From the NCBI GenBank assembly GCA_021776055.1, contig JAJFGP010000088.1, forward strand, positions 4,642 through 68,641: 64,000 nucleotides of DNA, read 5' to 3'. Positions 26,482-37,091 of the stretch are shown one piece after another. Made by a program: the position numbers and the translations under genes. The first letter of the stretch is position 1. The number at the start of each line of letters is the position of its first letter. Below the pieces are notes generated by a model. The model saw only the letters and a list, made by a program, of their open reading frames with translations. It was not told the DNA's origin and ran no database searches. The DNA is from Kiloniellaceae bacterium (GTDB lineage Bacteria > Pseudomonadota > Alphaproteobacteria > Kiloniellales > J153).

Positions 26482-28155
26482 ATGATTCGCCGCCTGCACC
26501 TGGCTACCGGTCTTGTGCTTTTCACCTATCTGCTTACGCATCTGCTCAATCATGCCCTGGGCCTGATCTCCCTTGACGCGTTGGCGGTGGGCCGCGAGGT
26601 TTTTCTCGCCTTTTGGCGCAACCCGGTTGGCACGGTCGTGCTGTACGGAGCGCTTCTTCTGCATGGCGGTCTGGCTCTTGCAGCTATCTATCGCCGCCGG
26701 CGCTTAGCCATGCCCCTGTGGGAGGCAGCACAACTCATTCTCGGTCTGGCGATACCGCCGCTGTTGGCTTTGCACATCCTCGGCACACGCTTGGCGAGCG
26801 AGTTTTTCGGGGTCGACGATAGTTATATCTATATCCTGCTTATCTACTTCGTCTTCAGTCCGCTGCTCGCGCTCAAGCAGCTCTTGGTGACGCTGGTTGC
26901 CTGGCTGCATGGCTGCATCGGTATGCATTACTGGCTGCGCCTTAAGCCGTGGTACCCGCGCGCCGTGCCCTATCTATACGGCGCCGCTCTGACGTTGCCG
27001 TTGCTTGCCTTGCTTGGATTCTACGTTGCTGGCCGCGAGGTCGCCCGTCTCGCGGCTGATCCGGCCTGGATGGCGGCCGCACAGACCAGCATCCATCCTC
27101 CGGACGCGGCCACCGTGTCCCTGATCTATAATCTGGATACGGCCATCATTGTGGGGCTGGCGGGTTTGCTGGCGGCGGTTCTTTTTGCCCGCTGGCTGCG
27201 TTTGCAGCTAACCCGGCGGCGGGGCCTGCTGCGTATCACCTACCCGGATGGCCGCCAGGTGGCGGTGTTGCCGGGCACCACCATTCTGGAAGCCAGCCGG
27301 GGTGCTGGCATTCCGCATGCCTCGGTGTGTGGTGGCCGGGGCCGCTGCTCGACCTGTCGGGTGCGGATTGGGGCCGGCGCCGCGCATCTGCCGCCGCCCA
27401 GCGAGGCGGAGGCGGCGGTGCTGCTTCGCATTTCCGCCGCGCCGACGGTTCGCCTGGCCTGCCAAACCCGGCCGACGAGCGATGTCGAGGTTACGCCCTT
27501 GCTCCCCGCTACCGCGACGCCGCTGCACACTCTAGCGCGGGTGGCGCACCGCCAGGGCGAGGAGCGCGAGGTGGCCATCCTGTTCGCTGACCTGCGCGGA
27601 TTTACTACCCTGGCCGAACACAAGCTGCCCTACGACGTGGTTTTCATCCTCAACCGCTATTTCGCCACCATGGGTGCCGCGGTCGAGGACGCTGGCGGTC
27701 GTATCGATAAATTCATCGGCGATGGGGTGATGGCGCTTTTCGGCGTTGACGGCAGTATCGATGCGGGATGCCGAGGGGCTCTGGCCGCCGCCCGAAGCAT
27801 GGCCGCGCGCCTCGACGAGTTGAATCAGACATTGGCCCATGATCTGCCCGAACCGCTGCGAATCGGCATCGGCATTCACAGCGGGCCGGTGATTGTCGGC
27901 GAGTTGGGGTACAAGGCGGCGACGTCGCTGACCGCCGTCGGCGATGCGGTGAACACCGCCAGCCGCCTCGAAGCCATGAGCAAGGAACTTGGCGCGCAAT
28001 TGGTTCTATCGGAGCCGGTCGCGGCGCGCTCGGGCGCCGATCTCAGCAGCTTTCCCCGTCAGGAGATCGAGCTACGCGGCCGCACCGGCCGTCTTACCGT
28101 GGTCGCGGTCGCGCACGTCCTCGATGTGCGGATTGCGACCGAAGGGTCTGTTTAG
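26482..28155 (+). CDS. membrane-anchored class III adenylate/guanylate cyclase with an internal 2Fe-2S ferredoxin-like domain
   Basis: His-containing N-terminal TM block. ITYPDGRQVAVLPGTTILEASRGAGIPHASVCGGRGRCSTCRV...RLACQTRP. Cyclase domain VAILFADLRGFTTL...KFIGDGVMALFG...GIHSGPVIVGELG...TAVGDAVNTASRLE. Confidence 0.85.
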   Translation: MIRRLHLATGLVLFTYLLTHLLNHALGLISLDALAVGREVFLAFWRNPVGTVVLYGALLLHGGLALAAIYRRRRLAMPLWEAAQLILGLAIPPLLALHILGTRLASEFFGVDDSYIYILLIYFVFSPLLALKQLLVTLVAWLHGCIGMHYWLRLKPWYPRAVPYLYGAALTLPLLALLGFYVAGREVARLAADPAWMAAAQTSIHPPDAATVSLIYNLDTAIIVGLAGLLAAVLFARWLRLQLTRRRGLLRITYPDGRQVAVLPGTTILEASRGAGIPHASVCGGRGRCSTCRVRIGAGAAHLPPPSEAEAAVLLRISAAPTVRLACQTRPTSDVEVTPLLPATATPLHTLARVAHRQGEEREVAILFADLRGFTTLAEHKLPYDVVFILNRYFATMGAAVEDAGGRIDKFIGDGVMALFGVDGSIDAGCRGALAAARSMAARLDELNQTLAHDLPEPLRIGIGIHSGPVIVGELGYKAATSLTAVGDAVNTASRLEAMSKELGAQLVLSEPVAARSGADLSSFPRQEIELRGRTGRLTVVAVAHVLDVRIATEGSV

Positions 28156-28622
28156 CCTCCGGTCGCGGCCACGTAGGCGCTGATCGCTTTCTTGAGATCA
28201 CGGTGTTCGTCGCAGCCGAAGAAGCAGGCACTGTCGAGCACGTCGAGGCGCTCCTTCGCTTTGTCCAACTCACCCATTTCCAGGTAGAGCTCGCCAAGAT
28301 ATTCGTTGGCACCGCGATGATCGGGCTGAAGGGCAAGTGCCTTTTGATAGTTGCCCAGCGCCGCTTCCGGATTGCCGGATTTGCGTTGGCTATAGCCCAA
28401 GAGATTGTGGGCGTCGGCATCCTTGGGATCGGCCGTGACCACCTGCTCTAGCAGCGGCACGGCGCCGGCGAAGTTTTTGGCCTCGACAAGCTTCTTTGCC
28501 TCGACGTATTTCGGGTCCTGCTTGTCCGCCGGCTTGCTGTCCCAACTGGCGGCATTTACCGGGGCGGCGACAAAGCCGGCGACAACGACCAGGGCGATGA
28601 CAAGAGCAAGTGCCGATTTCAT
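28152..28622 (-). CDS. periplasmic TPR-repeat protein
   Basis: Signal peptide MKSALALVIALVVVAGFVAAPVNA, then TPR-like repeats (AHNLLGYSQRKSGNPEAALGNYQKALALQPDH). Confidence 0.75.
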   Translation of the reverse strand: MKSALALVIALVVVAGFVAAPVNAASWDSKPADKQDPKYVEAKKLVEAKNFAGAVPLLEQVVTADPKDADAHNLLGYSQRKSGNPEAALGNYQKALALQPDHRGANEYLGELYLEMGELDKAKERLDVLDSACFFGCDEHRDLKKAISAYVAATGG

Positions 28623-28722
28623 AGATTCTCCTCCAAGGTGTCCCTGTTATGCTAGTCCATGACCTAGTCAGATGGTAGCCGTCAACCCACTTTCCCAGTG
28701 CAGGCGCAGCCGGTAAAGAGAC

Positions 28723-29496
28723 ATGATGCAGATCGAATTCGGCAAAACCGTGGCGGACTACGCCTGCCACCGGGCCGGTTTCCCCAACGCCTTGTTTGAC
28801 CGTTTGGTGGCCCATGGTGTTGGCGGGCCTGGCGCGCGCCTTCTGGATTTGGGCACCGGCACCGGCAGTTTGGCCCTCGGCTTTGCCCACCGTGGCGCCA
28901 CGGTGACGGCCCTGGACGTATCGCCCGAAATGCTGGCCGAGGTTACGGCCCGCGCCGCCGCGGATGGGCTCAACGTCGAAACGGTGTGCGCTGGAGCCGA
29001 ATCAACCGGTCTTGGCGATGCCGCCTTCGATGCTGTTGTCGCCGGGCAATGCTGGCACTGGTTCGATCGCCCGCGCGCCGCGGCCGAGGTGCGCCGCTTG
29101 CTCAAACCGGGTGGCCGTCTCGCCATCTGCCATTTCGATTGGATTCCCCTGGCGGGCAACGTGGCGGCGGCGACCGAGCGGCTGATCGTGCAGCACAATC
29201 CGGCTTGGGACATGGGCGGCGGAACCGGCCTCTACCCCGATTGGCTCGCGGATGCGGCGGGCGCCGGATTCACCGATCTGGAGACATTCAGCTTCGATCT
29301 CGCCGTTCTCTATAGCCACAAAGCCTGGTGCGGTCGCATCCGCGCCAGCGCCGGTATCGGCGGCAGCTTGGATGCACCGGCCGTCGCCGCCTTCGACCAG
29401 GACCACGCCACGATGCTATCGCGCGACTTCCCCACCGATCCCCTGACCATATTGCACCGCGCCTCCGCCGTCCTCGGCACCGCGCCGAGAGGGTAG
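28723..29496 (+). CDS. class I SAM-dependent methyltransferase
   Basis: Motif I LLDLGTGTGSLALGFA and post-I ALDVSPEML. Confidence 0.8.
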   Translation: MMQIEFGKTVADYACHRAGFPNALFDRLVAHGVGGPGARLLDLGTGTGSLALGFAHRGATVTALDVSPEMLAEVTARAAADGLNVETVCAGAESTGLGDAAFDAVVAGQCWHWFDRPRAAAEVRRLLKPGGRLAICHFDWIPLAGNVAAATERLIVQHNPAWDMGGGTGLYPDWLADAAGAGFTDLETFSFDLAVLYSHKAWCGRIRASAGIGGSLDAPAVAAFDQDHATMLSRDFPTDPLTILHRASAVLGTAPRG

Positions 29497-29609
29497 TGTC
29501 ATTTTTTAGTTCGCTTCACCACTGGTTGCCTATGGTGGCGAATCCAGATATCACCGGCGACACCTAATCGATTCAGTAGTCTTCCGAGGTCGGAAACGAA
29601 GGAAAAGCC

Positions 29610-29978
29610 ATGACTGTAACGAAGACCCAGCTTGCCGACGCGTACTCAGCGGCCCTGAACAAGGCGCTCGGCGACCAGTGGGATACCACCTTTAGCCGCA
29701 GGGACGCGAGCAAGCTCCTTGATGCCCTGTGGCCGGTCGTCTCCGAGCTCGCTCTCAAGGACACCAAGAAGACGAAGCCGGGCAGCGTGCCGCTCGGCCA
29801 TCTTGGCCGCCTCAAGATGCGCTTCAAGGCGGCCACCAAGTCCCGCAAGGGGACCAACCCGTTCACCGGCGAGCCGGCCACCTTCAAGGCCAAGCCCGCG
29901 ACCTTGCAGCCACGCTTCACCGCCGGTAAGGCGCTCAAGGACGAGGCCAGCAAGCATTTCAAGAAAAAGATGAAGTAG
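29610..29978 (+). CDS. HU/IHF-like DNA-binding protein, extended and lysine-rich
   Basis: HU-arm signature KGTNPFTGEPATFKAKPA...FTAGKALKD. Confidence 0.6.
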   Translation: MTVTKTQLADAYSAALNKALGDQWDTTFSRRDASKLLDALWPVVSELALKDTKKTKPGSVPLGHLGRLKMRFKAATKSRKGTNPFTGEPATFKAKPATLQPRFTAGKALKDEASKHFKKKMK

Positions 29979-30026
29979 GGCGCCTCCAACGCCCAAACAA
30001 CCAAGCGGCGACGGTCGCTGATCTAG

Positions 30027-30050
30027 CCCCGGCTCCGGTCGGGGTTATTT
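30027..30050 (+). terminator. possible intrinsic terminator after the HU-like gene
   Basis: ccccggc-tccg-gtcgggg hairpin followed by ttatttct; the U-tract is weak. Confidence 0.35.
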
Positions 30051-30076
30051 CTGCTATGTATATCTGACGTCGGACC

Positions 30077-30637
30077 CTAGCGATCCCGCAATTCGTCTTC
30101 CAGGGACGCTACATCCTCCGTATCGATGACCCGGCAGGCTAGATTGTAGGCGAATCCCTGGCGGCCAAGCGCCGCCAGATCGCGGGTGCGATGGTCGGCG
30201 CGCGCGGCGGGCAGCCGGTAGGGACCCAGCCGCCGGCGCCGGGCGAAGGTCAGGGCCGCCGTCAGGTCCGGCTCCTCCGATTCGTCGCGCAAGGTCTCGA
30301 TGGCGGGGCCGATATGCTCCGCCGCCACGCCCTTGGCGGCCAACCGGCCGCGGATCGCCCGGCTGGAGGCGCCCCGGCGATAAAGAGCCAGCGCCCGGCC
30401 TTTCGCGTAGCGGGCGTCATCCAGTACTCCGTCGCGGACGAAGTCGGCCAATAGAGCCTCCACCGCGGCTGAGCCTTCCGCGCGGTCGGTGTCATGGGCG
30501 CGCGCCGAGCGTTCCACTTTGGCCATGAGCAGGCGGCGTAAGTTTGCCGTCGAGCTGGCGTAGCGGTCCAGGTAGTAGAGGGCGGCGTTGCGCAGATAGG
30601 TCGCGGTTGCCTTTCGCGGTCCTCTTTTTTCAGTCAT
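30077..30637 (-). CDS. recX: recombination regulator RecX
   Basis: YLRNAALYYLDRYASSTANLRRLL and three-repeat helical pattern. Confidence 0.8.
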   Translation of the reverse strand: MTEKRGPRKATATYLRNAALYYLDRYASSTANLRRLLMAKVERSARAHDTDRAEGSAAVEALLADFVRDGVLDDARYAKGRALALYRRGASSRAIRGRLAAKGVAAEHIGPAIETLRDESEEPDLTAALTFARRRRLGPYRLPAARADHRTRDLAALGRQGFAYNLACRVIDTEDVASLEDELRDR

Positions 30638-30741
30638 CGGGCTCTTCCTGACGCCACAGCTTGCACACGCGTTCCTCGGGCGCTATGTGAACGGCCATGG
30701 ATCCCATTTTTGTGCAAGGACGTGCGCCGGGGCCGCGCCTC

Positions 30742-31512
30742 ATGGGCGCCGTCAACTGGCGCGGGCTGTGGACCCTGTACCTCAAGGAGGTGCGGCGTTT
30801 CCTCAACGTTTTCACCCAGACCCTGATGGCGCCGGTCATCACCACGCTTTTGTTCCTGGCTATCTTCGCCCTCGCCCTGGGCGGGGCCGGGCGGCAGGTG
30901 GTCGGCGTTCCCTACATAGAATTCTTGGCGCCGGGCCTGATCATGATGACCATGATGCAAAATTCCTTCGCCAACACCTCGTCTTCGATCCTCATCGCCA
31001 AGGTGCAGGGCAACATCGTGGACGTGCTCATGCCACCGCTTTCCGCCGGCGAGCTGACCCTTGGTATCGCGGCCGGTGGTGTCACCCGTGGCCTGATGGT
31101 TGGCGTGGCCGCCGGGCTGGCCATGTGGATCTTCGTACCGCTGCGCCTTCATGATCCGGCCGTCCTTCTTTTTCACGCGGTCAATGCCTCGCTCATGTTG
31201 TCCCTGCTTGGCTTGATCGGCGGCATCTGGTCCGAGAAGTTCGATCATATCGCGGCGGTGACGAATTTCGTCATCACGCCGTTCTCGTTTCTCTCCGGCA
31301 CATTCTATTCCATCCAGCGGTTGCCCGAGACATGGCAAATCGTCGCTCATTTCAATCCATTCTTCTACCTGATCGACGGCATACGCTACGGCTTCATCGG
31401 TCGGGCGGACAGCGTTATCGCCTTGGGTCTGGTCGTGGTCCCGGCGGTCAATGTGCTTTTATGGCTGGTCGCGCACCGCATGTTCGCAACCGGCTACCGC
31501 CTGAAGCCGTAA
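30742..31512 (+). CDS. ABC-2 type transporter permease
   Basis: MGAVNWRGLWTLYLKEVRRFLNVFTQTLMAPVITTLLFLAIF; six TM helices; C-terminal NPFFYLIDGIRYGFIG. Confidence 0.75.
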   Translation: MGAVNWRGLWTLYLKEVRRFLNVFTQTLMAPVITTLLFLAIFALALGGAGRQVVGVPYIEFLAPGLIMMTMMQNSFANTSSSILIAKVQGNIVDVLMPPLSAGELTLGIAAGGVTRGLMVGVAAGLAMWIFVPLRLHDPAVLLFHAVNASLMLSLLGLIGGIWSEKFDHIAAVTNFVITPFSFLSGTFYSIQRLPETWQIVAHFNPFFYLIDGIRYGFIGRADSVIALGLVVVPAVNVLLWLVAHRMFATGYRLKP

Positions 31513-31522
31513 GGTAGTTCGC

Positions 31523-32329
31523 GTGCAACCGCTTGCCGCGACAACGCCGGTACCGCGCAGCTACGGGCCCGTAAATTGGCGCGGTGTCTACGCCCTCTAC
31601 CAGCGCGAAACGGTTCGCTTCTTTCGCTATGCCGCCGAGACCCTCGGCGCCCCCACGGTTTCGGCCGTAATCTTTCTCGCTGTATTCCATCTCGCCCTGA
31701 GTGGTGAGGACCCACGGCCCGGCATCAGTCTGTCCGCCTTCATCGGCCCCGGCATCGTCATGTTCATGATGGCGCACGCCGCCTTCGAGGGGGGCTCCAT
31801 CCCGATGCTTTTTCACAAAATGGAGGGGATGATCACCGATGTGATCAGCGCCCCGCTGACCCCGTTGGAAATGCTCGCCGGCTACGTCCTGCCGGCCACC
31901 ACCAGTGCCATGACCGTGGGCGCCGTCGTTTTGGGGCTGGTGGCAATCTTTGTCGATCTGCCCCTCCATTCGGTCACGGCGATAATCGGCTTTGCCTTTG
32001 CCGCCTCCCTTCTAATGGCGTTGCTCGGCTTGGTGGTCGGCATCTGGGCCGAGCGCTGGGACGGCTACAGCGCCGTGGAAACGTTTCTCGTAGCCCCGCT
32101 GGGGTTCCTCTCCGGCGCCTTTTTCCCCGTCGACAACCTGCCGGAGACCATGCGCTGGCTTTTTCACGTCAACCCAATCTTCCAGGCGGTCGAAGGGTTC
32201 CGTTACGGCTTCATCGGCCAGGCGCAGACATCTCTCGTTCTGGCCGCGTCGGTTCTGGCGGGGATGAGCCTCATCCTCGGCCTGATCGCTTGGCGCATGC
32301 TGGCCGTGGGGTATCGGATTAAGCCCTAA
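31523..32329 (+). CDS. ABC-2 type transporter permease (paralogue of the preceding gene)
   Basis: GTG start; YGPVNWRGVYALYQRETVRFFRYAAETLGAPTVSAVIFLAVF and NPIFQAVEGFRYGFIG parallel the upstream gene. Confidence 0.75.
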   Translation: MQPLAATTPVPRSYGPVNWRGVYALYQRETVRFFRYAAETLGAPTVSAVIFLAVFHLALSGEDPRPGISLSAFIGPGIVMFMMAHAAFEGGSIPMLFHKMEGMITDVISAPLTPLEMLAGYVLPATTSAMTVGAVVLGLVAIFVDLPLHSVTAIIGFAFAASLLMALLGLVVGIWAERWDGYSAVETFLVAPLGFLSGAFFPVDNLPETMRWLFHVNPIFQAVEGFRYGFIGQAQTSLVLAASVLAGMSLILGLIAWRMLAVGYRIKP

Positions 32330-32391
32330 CGTCTTGGCAAGAATTGCCGCGCTAGGCTGCCTTCTTCGCCCAACTTTAGAAGGGGTGCCGC

Positions 32392-33312
32392 ATGCGTTCG
32401 GCCGCAATGCTCCAGATCGGGATTCGCGCCACCGTCTTGGTTCTGGCGCTGCTTGTCGTCGTCGTAGGCGCCGCCAATGCCGCCAGCCGTGTGCCCTATG
32501 GCCAGGGCCTTCTGTGGAAGATAGAACATCCGGGTGTCGCGCCCAGTTATGTCTTCGGCACCATGCACGTCAATGACCCCCGCGTGCGGACCTTGCCGGC
32601 GCCCGTTCGATCAGCTTTCAACCGCGCCGAGCGAACCGTCTACGAAATTATCATTACCCCCGATGCGCGAAAGCGGCTGACGGAAGCCAGATATCTACCC
32701 GAAGGCCGTACGCTCGACGAAATCCTCGGTTCTCAGCTCTTTGACGACGTGGCGACGCGGGCCGAGAAGGCCGGCATCAGTCGCGACAGGCTACGCCGCA
32801 TAAAGCCCTGGGCCGTGGCCGGGGCCTTGCACTTTCGGCAAGGCGAAATCGTGCGCTCCTATATGGGCGAACTGCCTTTGGATCAGTGGATGCAGACGGA
32901 CTCCCTTAGTCGAGGAGCGCCGGTCCTCGAGCTAGAGACGGTCCAGGAACACATCGCTGTTTTCGACGATATGGCAGAGGCGGATCAAATCGCGCTGCTG
33001 CGCAGCATCGTCGAGAACAATCGGCAAACTGACGAAGACATCGAAGAAATGACGCAGCGCTATGTCGCGCGCGACGTCGGCGCCATCTACGCCGCGTTTC
33101 AAGAGGAAATCGAGGCCGACGAGACCGGGTTCGCGCGCAAGTTTGCGTTGCGGCTCATCGACGACCGCAACCACAATATGGTCGCGCGGATGCAGGATCT
33201 TTTGCGCCAGGGCGGCACGTTCATTGCCGTGGGCGCTCTGCATTTACCGGGCGATCAGGGCATCCTCCGCCTGTTGCAGCGCCAGGGGTACAGCATCGTG
33301 CGGGTGTACTAG
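32392..33312 (+). CDS. TraB/GumN family protein
   Basis: Signal sequence; LLWKIEHPGVAPSYVFGTMHV ... FIAVGALHLPGDQGILRLLQRQGYSI. Confidence 0.75.
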   Translation: MRSAAMLQIGIRATVLVLALLVVVVGAANAASRVPYGQGLLWKIEHPGVAPSYVFGTMHVNDPRVRTLPAPVRSAFNRAERTVYEIIITPDARKRLTEARYLPEGRTLDEILGSQLFDDVATRAEKAGISRDRLRRIKPWAVAGALHFRQGEIVRSYMGELPLDQWMQTDSLSRGAPVLELETVQEHIAVFDDMAEADQIALLRSIVENNRQTDEDIEEMTQRYVARDVGAIYAAFQEEIEADETGFARKFALRLIDDRNHNMVARMQDLLRQGGTFIAVGALHLPGDQGILRLLQRQGYSIVRVY

Positions 33313-33419
33313 GCGCGACCCACGCCCTAGCGGCTTGGTTGACAGGCCCCGTCTATCCTAGAATAGTCGCGGTTTTTCCGCCCCATGGCTTTGCCGTCGG
33401 GGCGCGGTTCCTTGGGAGA

Positions 33420-34607
33420 ATGCGGCTCGTGAACGATGCCTTGATGCCTACCTATGCCCGGTCGCCCTATGCTTTCGAGCGGGGCGAGGGGGCCTATCTG
33501 TACGACACCGATGGTCGGCGGTACCTGGATTTCGCCGCCGGCATCGCCGTCAATGCCCTGGGCCACAGCCATCCGCACCTGGTGCAGGCGCTGACCGCCC
33601 AGGCGCAGAAGCTATGGCATGTCTCCAACCTCTACCGCGCGCCCGAGGCCGAACGTCTGGCGACACGCCTGACCGAACACAGCTTTGCCGACCGGGTATT
33701 CTTCTGCAATTCCGGCGCCGAGGCGGTGGAGGGCCTGATCAAGCTGGCCCGCCGTTACCAGCACGATGCCGGGCATCCGGAGCGTAATCGCATCATCACC
33801 TGCCAGGGTGCCTTTCACGGCCGCACCCTGACCACGCTCTCGGCGGCCGGCAATCCGAAATACCTGGCAGGCTTCGGCCCGGCGACGGAAGGCTTCGATC
33901 AGGTCGCCTTCAACAACCTGAACGAGCTGCGCGCCGCCGTGAGCGGCCAGACGGCGGCGATTCTGGTGGAGCCGGTGCAGGGCGAGGGCGGCGTGCGCCC
34001 GGCCAGCCTCGATTTTCTGCGCGGCTTGCGCGCCGTGTGTGACGAGTTTGGCCTGCTGTTGCTCTTTGACGAGATACAGTGTGGTGTCGGCCGCACCGGC
34101 AAGTTCTTCGCCCACGAGTGGGCGGGGATTACCCCCGATGCCGCGGCCATCGCCAAGGGTCTGGGCGGCGGTTTTCCTGTCGGCGCCTTTATGGCGACGG
34201 AAAAGGCGGCGGCGCCCATGAGCGCCGGCTCGCACGGCAGCACCTTCGGCGGCAATCCGCTGGCCATGGCGGTGGGCAATGCGGTGCTGGACGTGATTCT
34301 CGCTGACGGATTCTTGAGCGGCGTGGATCGCCGGGCGCGGATTTTCTGGGACCGTTTGCAGGATTTGGCGGCGCGCTATCCCCATGTGATCGCCGAGGTG
34401 CGCGGCGCCGGTCTGCTGCTCGGTCTGCGCTGTGTGGCGCCGAACGGCGAGTTGGTGGCACAGTTGCGCGAGAACGGGCTGCTCACGGCCCCCGCGGCCG
34501 ACAACGTGATCCGCCTCATGCCGCCGCTGATCATCGAGGATAGCCATATCGATGAGGCCATCGGCATCCTCGAGCGCGTCTGCGGTGCCTGGGTCAAGGC
34601 GGCCTAA
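33420..34607 (+). CDS. argD: acetylornithine aminotransferase
   Basis: [31 protein letters not shown]...GHSHP...FCNSGAEA...[12 protein letters not shown]; precedes argF. Confidence 0.9.
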   Translation: MRLVNDALMPTYARSPYAFERGEGAYLYDTDGRRYLDFAAGIAVNALGHSHPHLVQALTAQAQKLWHVSNLYRAPEAERLATRLTEHSFADRVFFCNSGAEAVEGLIKLARRYQHDAGHPERNRIITCQGAFHGRTLTTLSAAGNPKYLAGFGPATEGFDQVAFNNLNELRAAVSGQTAAILVEPVQGEGGVRPASLDFLRGLRAVCDEFGLLLLFDEIQCGVGRTGKFFAHEWAGITPDAAAIAKGLGGGFPVGAFMATEKAAAPMSAGSHGSTFGGNPLAMAVGNAVLDVILADGFLSGVDRRARIFWDRLQDLAARYPHVIAEVRGAGLLLGLRCVAPNGELVAQLRENGLLTAPAADNVIRLMPPLIIEDSHIDEAIGILERVCGAWVKAA

Positions 34608-34608
34608 C

Positions 34609-35526
34609 ATGTCGCAGCCCAAACACTTCCTCGACCTCGACAAGCTCGAGGCGACGACCCTACGGCAGATTCTCGATACCGGCCGTGCCTTCAAGCGCGG
34701 CGAGACACCGAATGGCGTGGAGAAACCGCTGGCCGGCAAGATGCTGGCCGTGATCTTCGAGAAGCCGTCGACCCGCACGCGCGTCTCCTTCGAGGTCGGT
34801 ATCCGCGAGCTTGGCGGCGAGCCGGTGGTGCTGGAAAGCGCCGGCAGCCAGCTTGGCCGCGGCGAGACCGTGGCCGATACGGCCCGCGTGCTGTCGCGCT
34901 ATGTGGATGCGATCATGATTCGCACCACCAGCGAGTCGAAGCTTCTGGAGATGGCCGAGTACGCCAGCGTGCCGGTGATCAACGGCCTCACCGACCGCAC
35001 TCATCCGTGCCAACTCATGGCCGATATCATGACGTTCGAGGAGCATCGCGGCCCCATCGCGGGCAAAGTGGTCGTCTGGTCGGGCGACGGCAACAACATG
35101 GCGTCCTCATGGATTCACGCGGCGGTGCGCTTTGGCTTCGAGCTGCGCCTGGCCTGTCCGGAGATGCTGGTGCCGCCTGCCGACGTGCTCGACTGGGCCA
35201 AGGCCGAGGGCGGCAATATCGTCGTCATCTCGGCGGTCGAGGAGGCCGTGTCCGGCGCTGATTGCGTGGTGACGGATACCTGGGTGTCCATGGGCGATGA
35301 AACCGGTGACAGTCCCAGCCGCCACAACCTGTTGCAGCCCTATCAGGTCGACGATCGTTTGATGGGCCTGGCCAAGCCGGAAGCGATCTTCATGCACTGC
35401 TTGCCGGCACATCGGGGCCACGAAGTGACCGCATCGGTCATCGACGGGCCGCAGTCGGTGGTCTGGGACGAGGCGGAAAACCGCCTGCACGCGCAGAAAG
35501 GCATTCTCTACTGGTGCCTTAGTTGA
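34609..35526 (+). CDS. argF: ornithine carbamoyltransferase
   Basis: ATG at 34609; [28 protein letters not shown]. Confidence 0.95.
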   Translation: MSQPKHFLDLDKLEATTLRQILDTGRAFKRGETPNGVEKPLAGKMLAVIFEKPSTRTRVSFEVGIRELGGEPVVLESAGSQLGRGETVADTARVLSRYVDAIMIRTTSESKLLEMAEYASVPVINGLTDRTHPCQLMADIMTFEEHRGPIAGKVVVWSGDGNNMASSWIHAAVRFGFELRLACPEMLVPPADVLDWAKAEGGNIVVISAVEEAVSGADCVVTDTWVSMGDETGDSPSRHNLLQPYQVDDRLMGLAKPEAIFMHCLPAHRGHEVTASVIDGPQSVVWDEAENRLHAQKGILYWCLS

Positions 35527-36440
35527 TGCGGTCAGCCCCGGCGGCCGACCCGCAACCGAACGACGATCTGGTCCAGCCCTTCCTGCTCGAATCCTCCGGC
35601 ATTCGCGGCAACCTGGTGCGCCTGGGCCCGGTTGTGCATGAAATTCTAACGCGCCACGATTACCCGGCACCGGTGGCAACGCTCTTGGGCGACATGCTGA
35701 CGCTGACCGCCATACTCGCCGGCCTGATTAAACACGACGGCATTTTCTCGTTGCAAACAAAGGGTAATGGCGCGATCGGGACGATGATTGCCGATGTTAC
35801 CTCGGGTGGCGATCTGCGCGGCTACGCCGCGTTCGATGCGGATCGCCTGGCGGTGGTAGGTGGCGCCAGCAGCGTGTCAGAGTTGCTGGGCACGGGTTAC
35901 TTGGCCTTCACCGCCGACCCGGGACCGCCGGCGGATCGTTATCAGGGGATCGTCGAGCTAACCGGCGAGACCTTGGCCGAGTGCTTGCAGCATTACTTCC
36001 GCCAGTCCGAACAGGTGCAAAGCGGCTTGCTTGTCGCGACGGACCGCGTGGCTGGCGCCTGGCGCAGCGCCGGGTTGGTCTTGCAGAGTCTGCCCGACGA
36101 GGGGCCCGAACACGGCCAGCCGGTAGATGAGGATGCCTGGCGGCGGGCCATGATTTTGCAAGCAAGCTGTACCCAAGCCGAGTTGCTCGGTCCCGACGTG
36201 CCGGCCAACGATCTGCTTTACCGATTGTTCCACGAGGAGGGTGTGCGTGTTTTCCGCCGCCGCGCCGTTCAGGCCGGGTGCCGCTGTTCGCGCACGCGCC
36301 TGGAGGACACTTTGCGCGCCTTGCCTCGACAGGAGGTCGAGGATTTGCGCGTCGACGGCGAAGTAGTCGTTACTTGCGAGTTTTGCAACCGCCGCTATGG
36401 TTTCGATGCCGCCGCCCTGGCCCACCTCTACGCGCCTTGA
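35523..36440 (+). CDS. hslO: Hsp33 family redox-regulated chaperone
   Basis: C-terminal zinc centre CRCSR...[10 protein letters not shown]. Confidence 0.9.
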   Translation: MMRSAPAADPQPNDDLVQPFLLESSGIRGNLVRLGPVVHEILTRHDYPAPVATLLGDMLTLTAILAGLIKHDGIFSLQTKGNGAIGTMIADVTSGGDLRGYAAFDADRLAVVGGASSVSELLGTGYLAFTADPGPPADRYQGIVELTGETLAECLQHYFRQSEQVQSGLLVATDRVAGAWRSAGLVLQSLPDEGPEHGQPVDEDAWRRAMILQASCTQAELLGPDVPANDLLYRLFHEEGVRVFRRRAVQAGCRCSRTRLEDTLRALPRQEVEDLRVDGEVVVTCEFCNRRYGFDAAALAHLYAP

Positions 36441-36494
36441 TCGCGCCCGATTCGAGGGGTAAGGAACATGCCTTGCCCCGCGAAGGAGATGCCC

Positions 36495-37091
36495 ATGTTT
36501 CGTCTGCCGCGACTCGTATTCTTGGTTCCCGTGTTGCTCGGCGTGGCGCTAGGTGCGTGCACCACGCCGTTGCCGCAGAGCCGCTTTCCTCAGATCACCT
36601 ACAAGCATCTGCCGCCGATCAGCCTCGACGTTGCTGAGATATCGGTGGAGGACGAATACAAGGCGCCCGGCATACCGCCAAATGTGGATCACCTCTTTCC
36701 GGTGCGCCCGGCCGCTGCGGCGACCGCCTGGGGCCGCGACCGGCTGGTAGCGGCCGGGACGGGGCGCCGCCTGCGTTACATCGTGCGCGAGGCGTCCGCG
36801 GTCGAGACGGCGTTGAAGACGAAAGAGGGTCTCACCGGCGTGCTCACCGTTGATCAGTCGGAACGCTACGAAATGCGTATCGTCGTTGAGCTGCAGATCA
36901 TCAATGACGACGGGCGCACGGAAGGAACCGCTAATGCCCAGGTGGAACGTTCCGTCACTGTGCCTGAGGACAGCAAGCTCAGCGAGCGAGAGAAAGTCTG
37001 GTTCAAGCTGGTCGAGGACGCCATGAAGGAACTGGACGCCCAGCTCGAAAAAACGATCAAGACGGTCTTTTTCCAGTACGTTGTGTTGTGA
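36495..37091 (+). CDS. hypothetical lipoprotein
   Basis: aaggag SD; MFRLPRLVFLVPVLLGVALGAC lipobox. Confidence 0.55.
   Translation: MFRLPRLVFLVPVLLGVALGACTTPLPQSRFPQITYKHLPPISLDVAEISVEDEYKAPGIPPNVDHLFPVRPAAAATAWGRDRLVAAGTGRRLRYIVREASAVETALKTKEGLTGVLTVDQSERYEMRIVVELQIINDDGRTEGTANAQVERSVTVPEDSKLSEREKVWFKLVEDAMKELDAQLEKTIKTVFFQYVVL

Noticed and set aside
33612-34778. 388-aa minus-strand ORF
   Set aside because: Antisense shadow of argD/argF; it has no recognisable motifs, and the sense genes are clearly identified.
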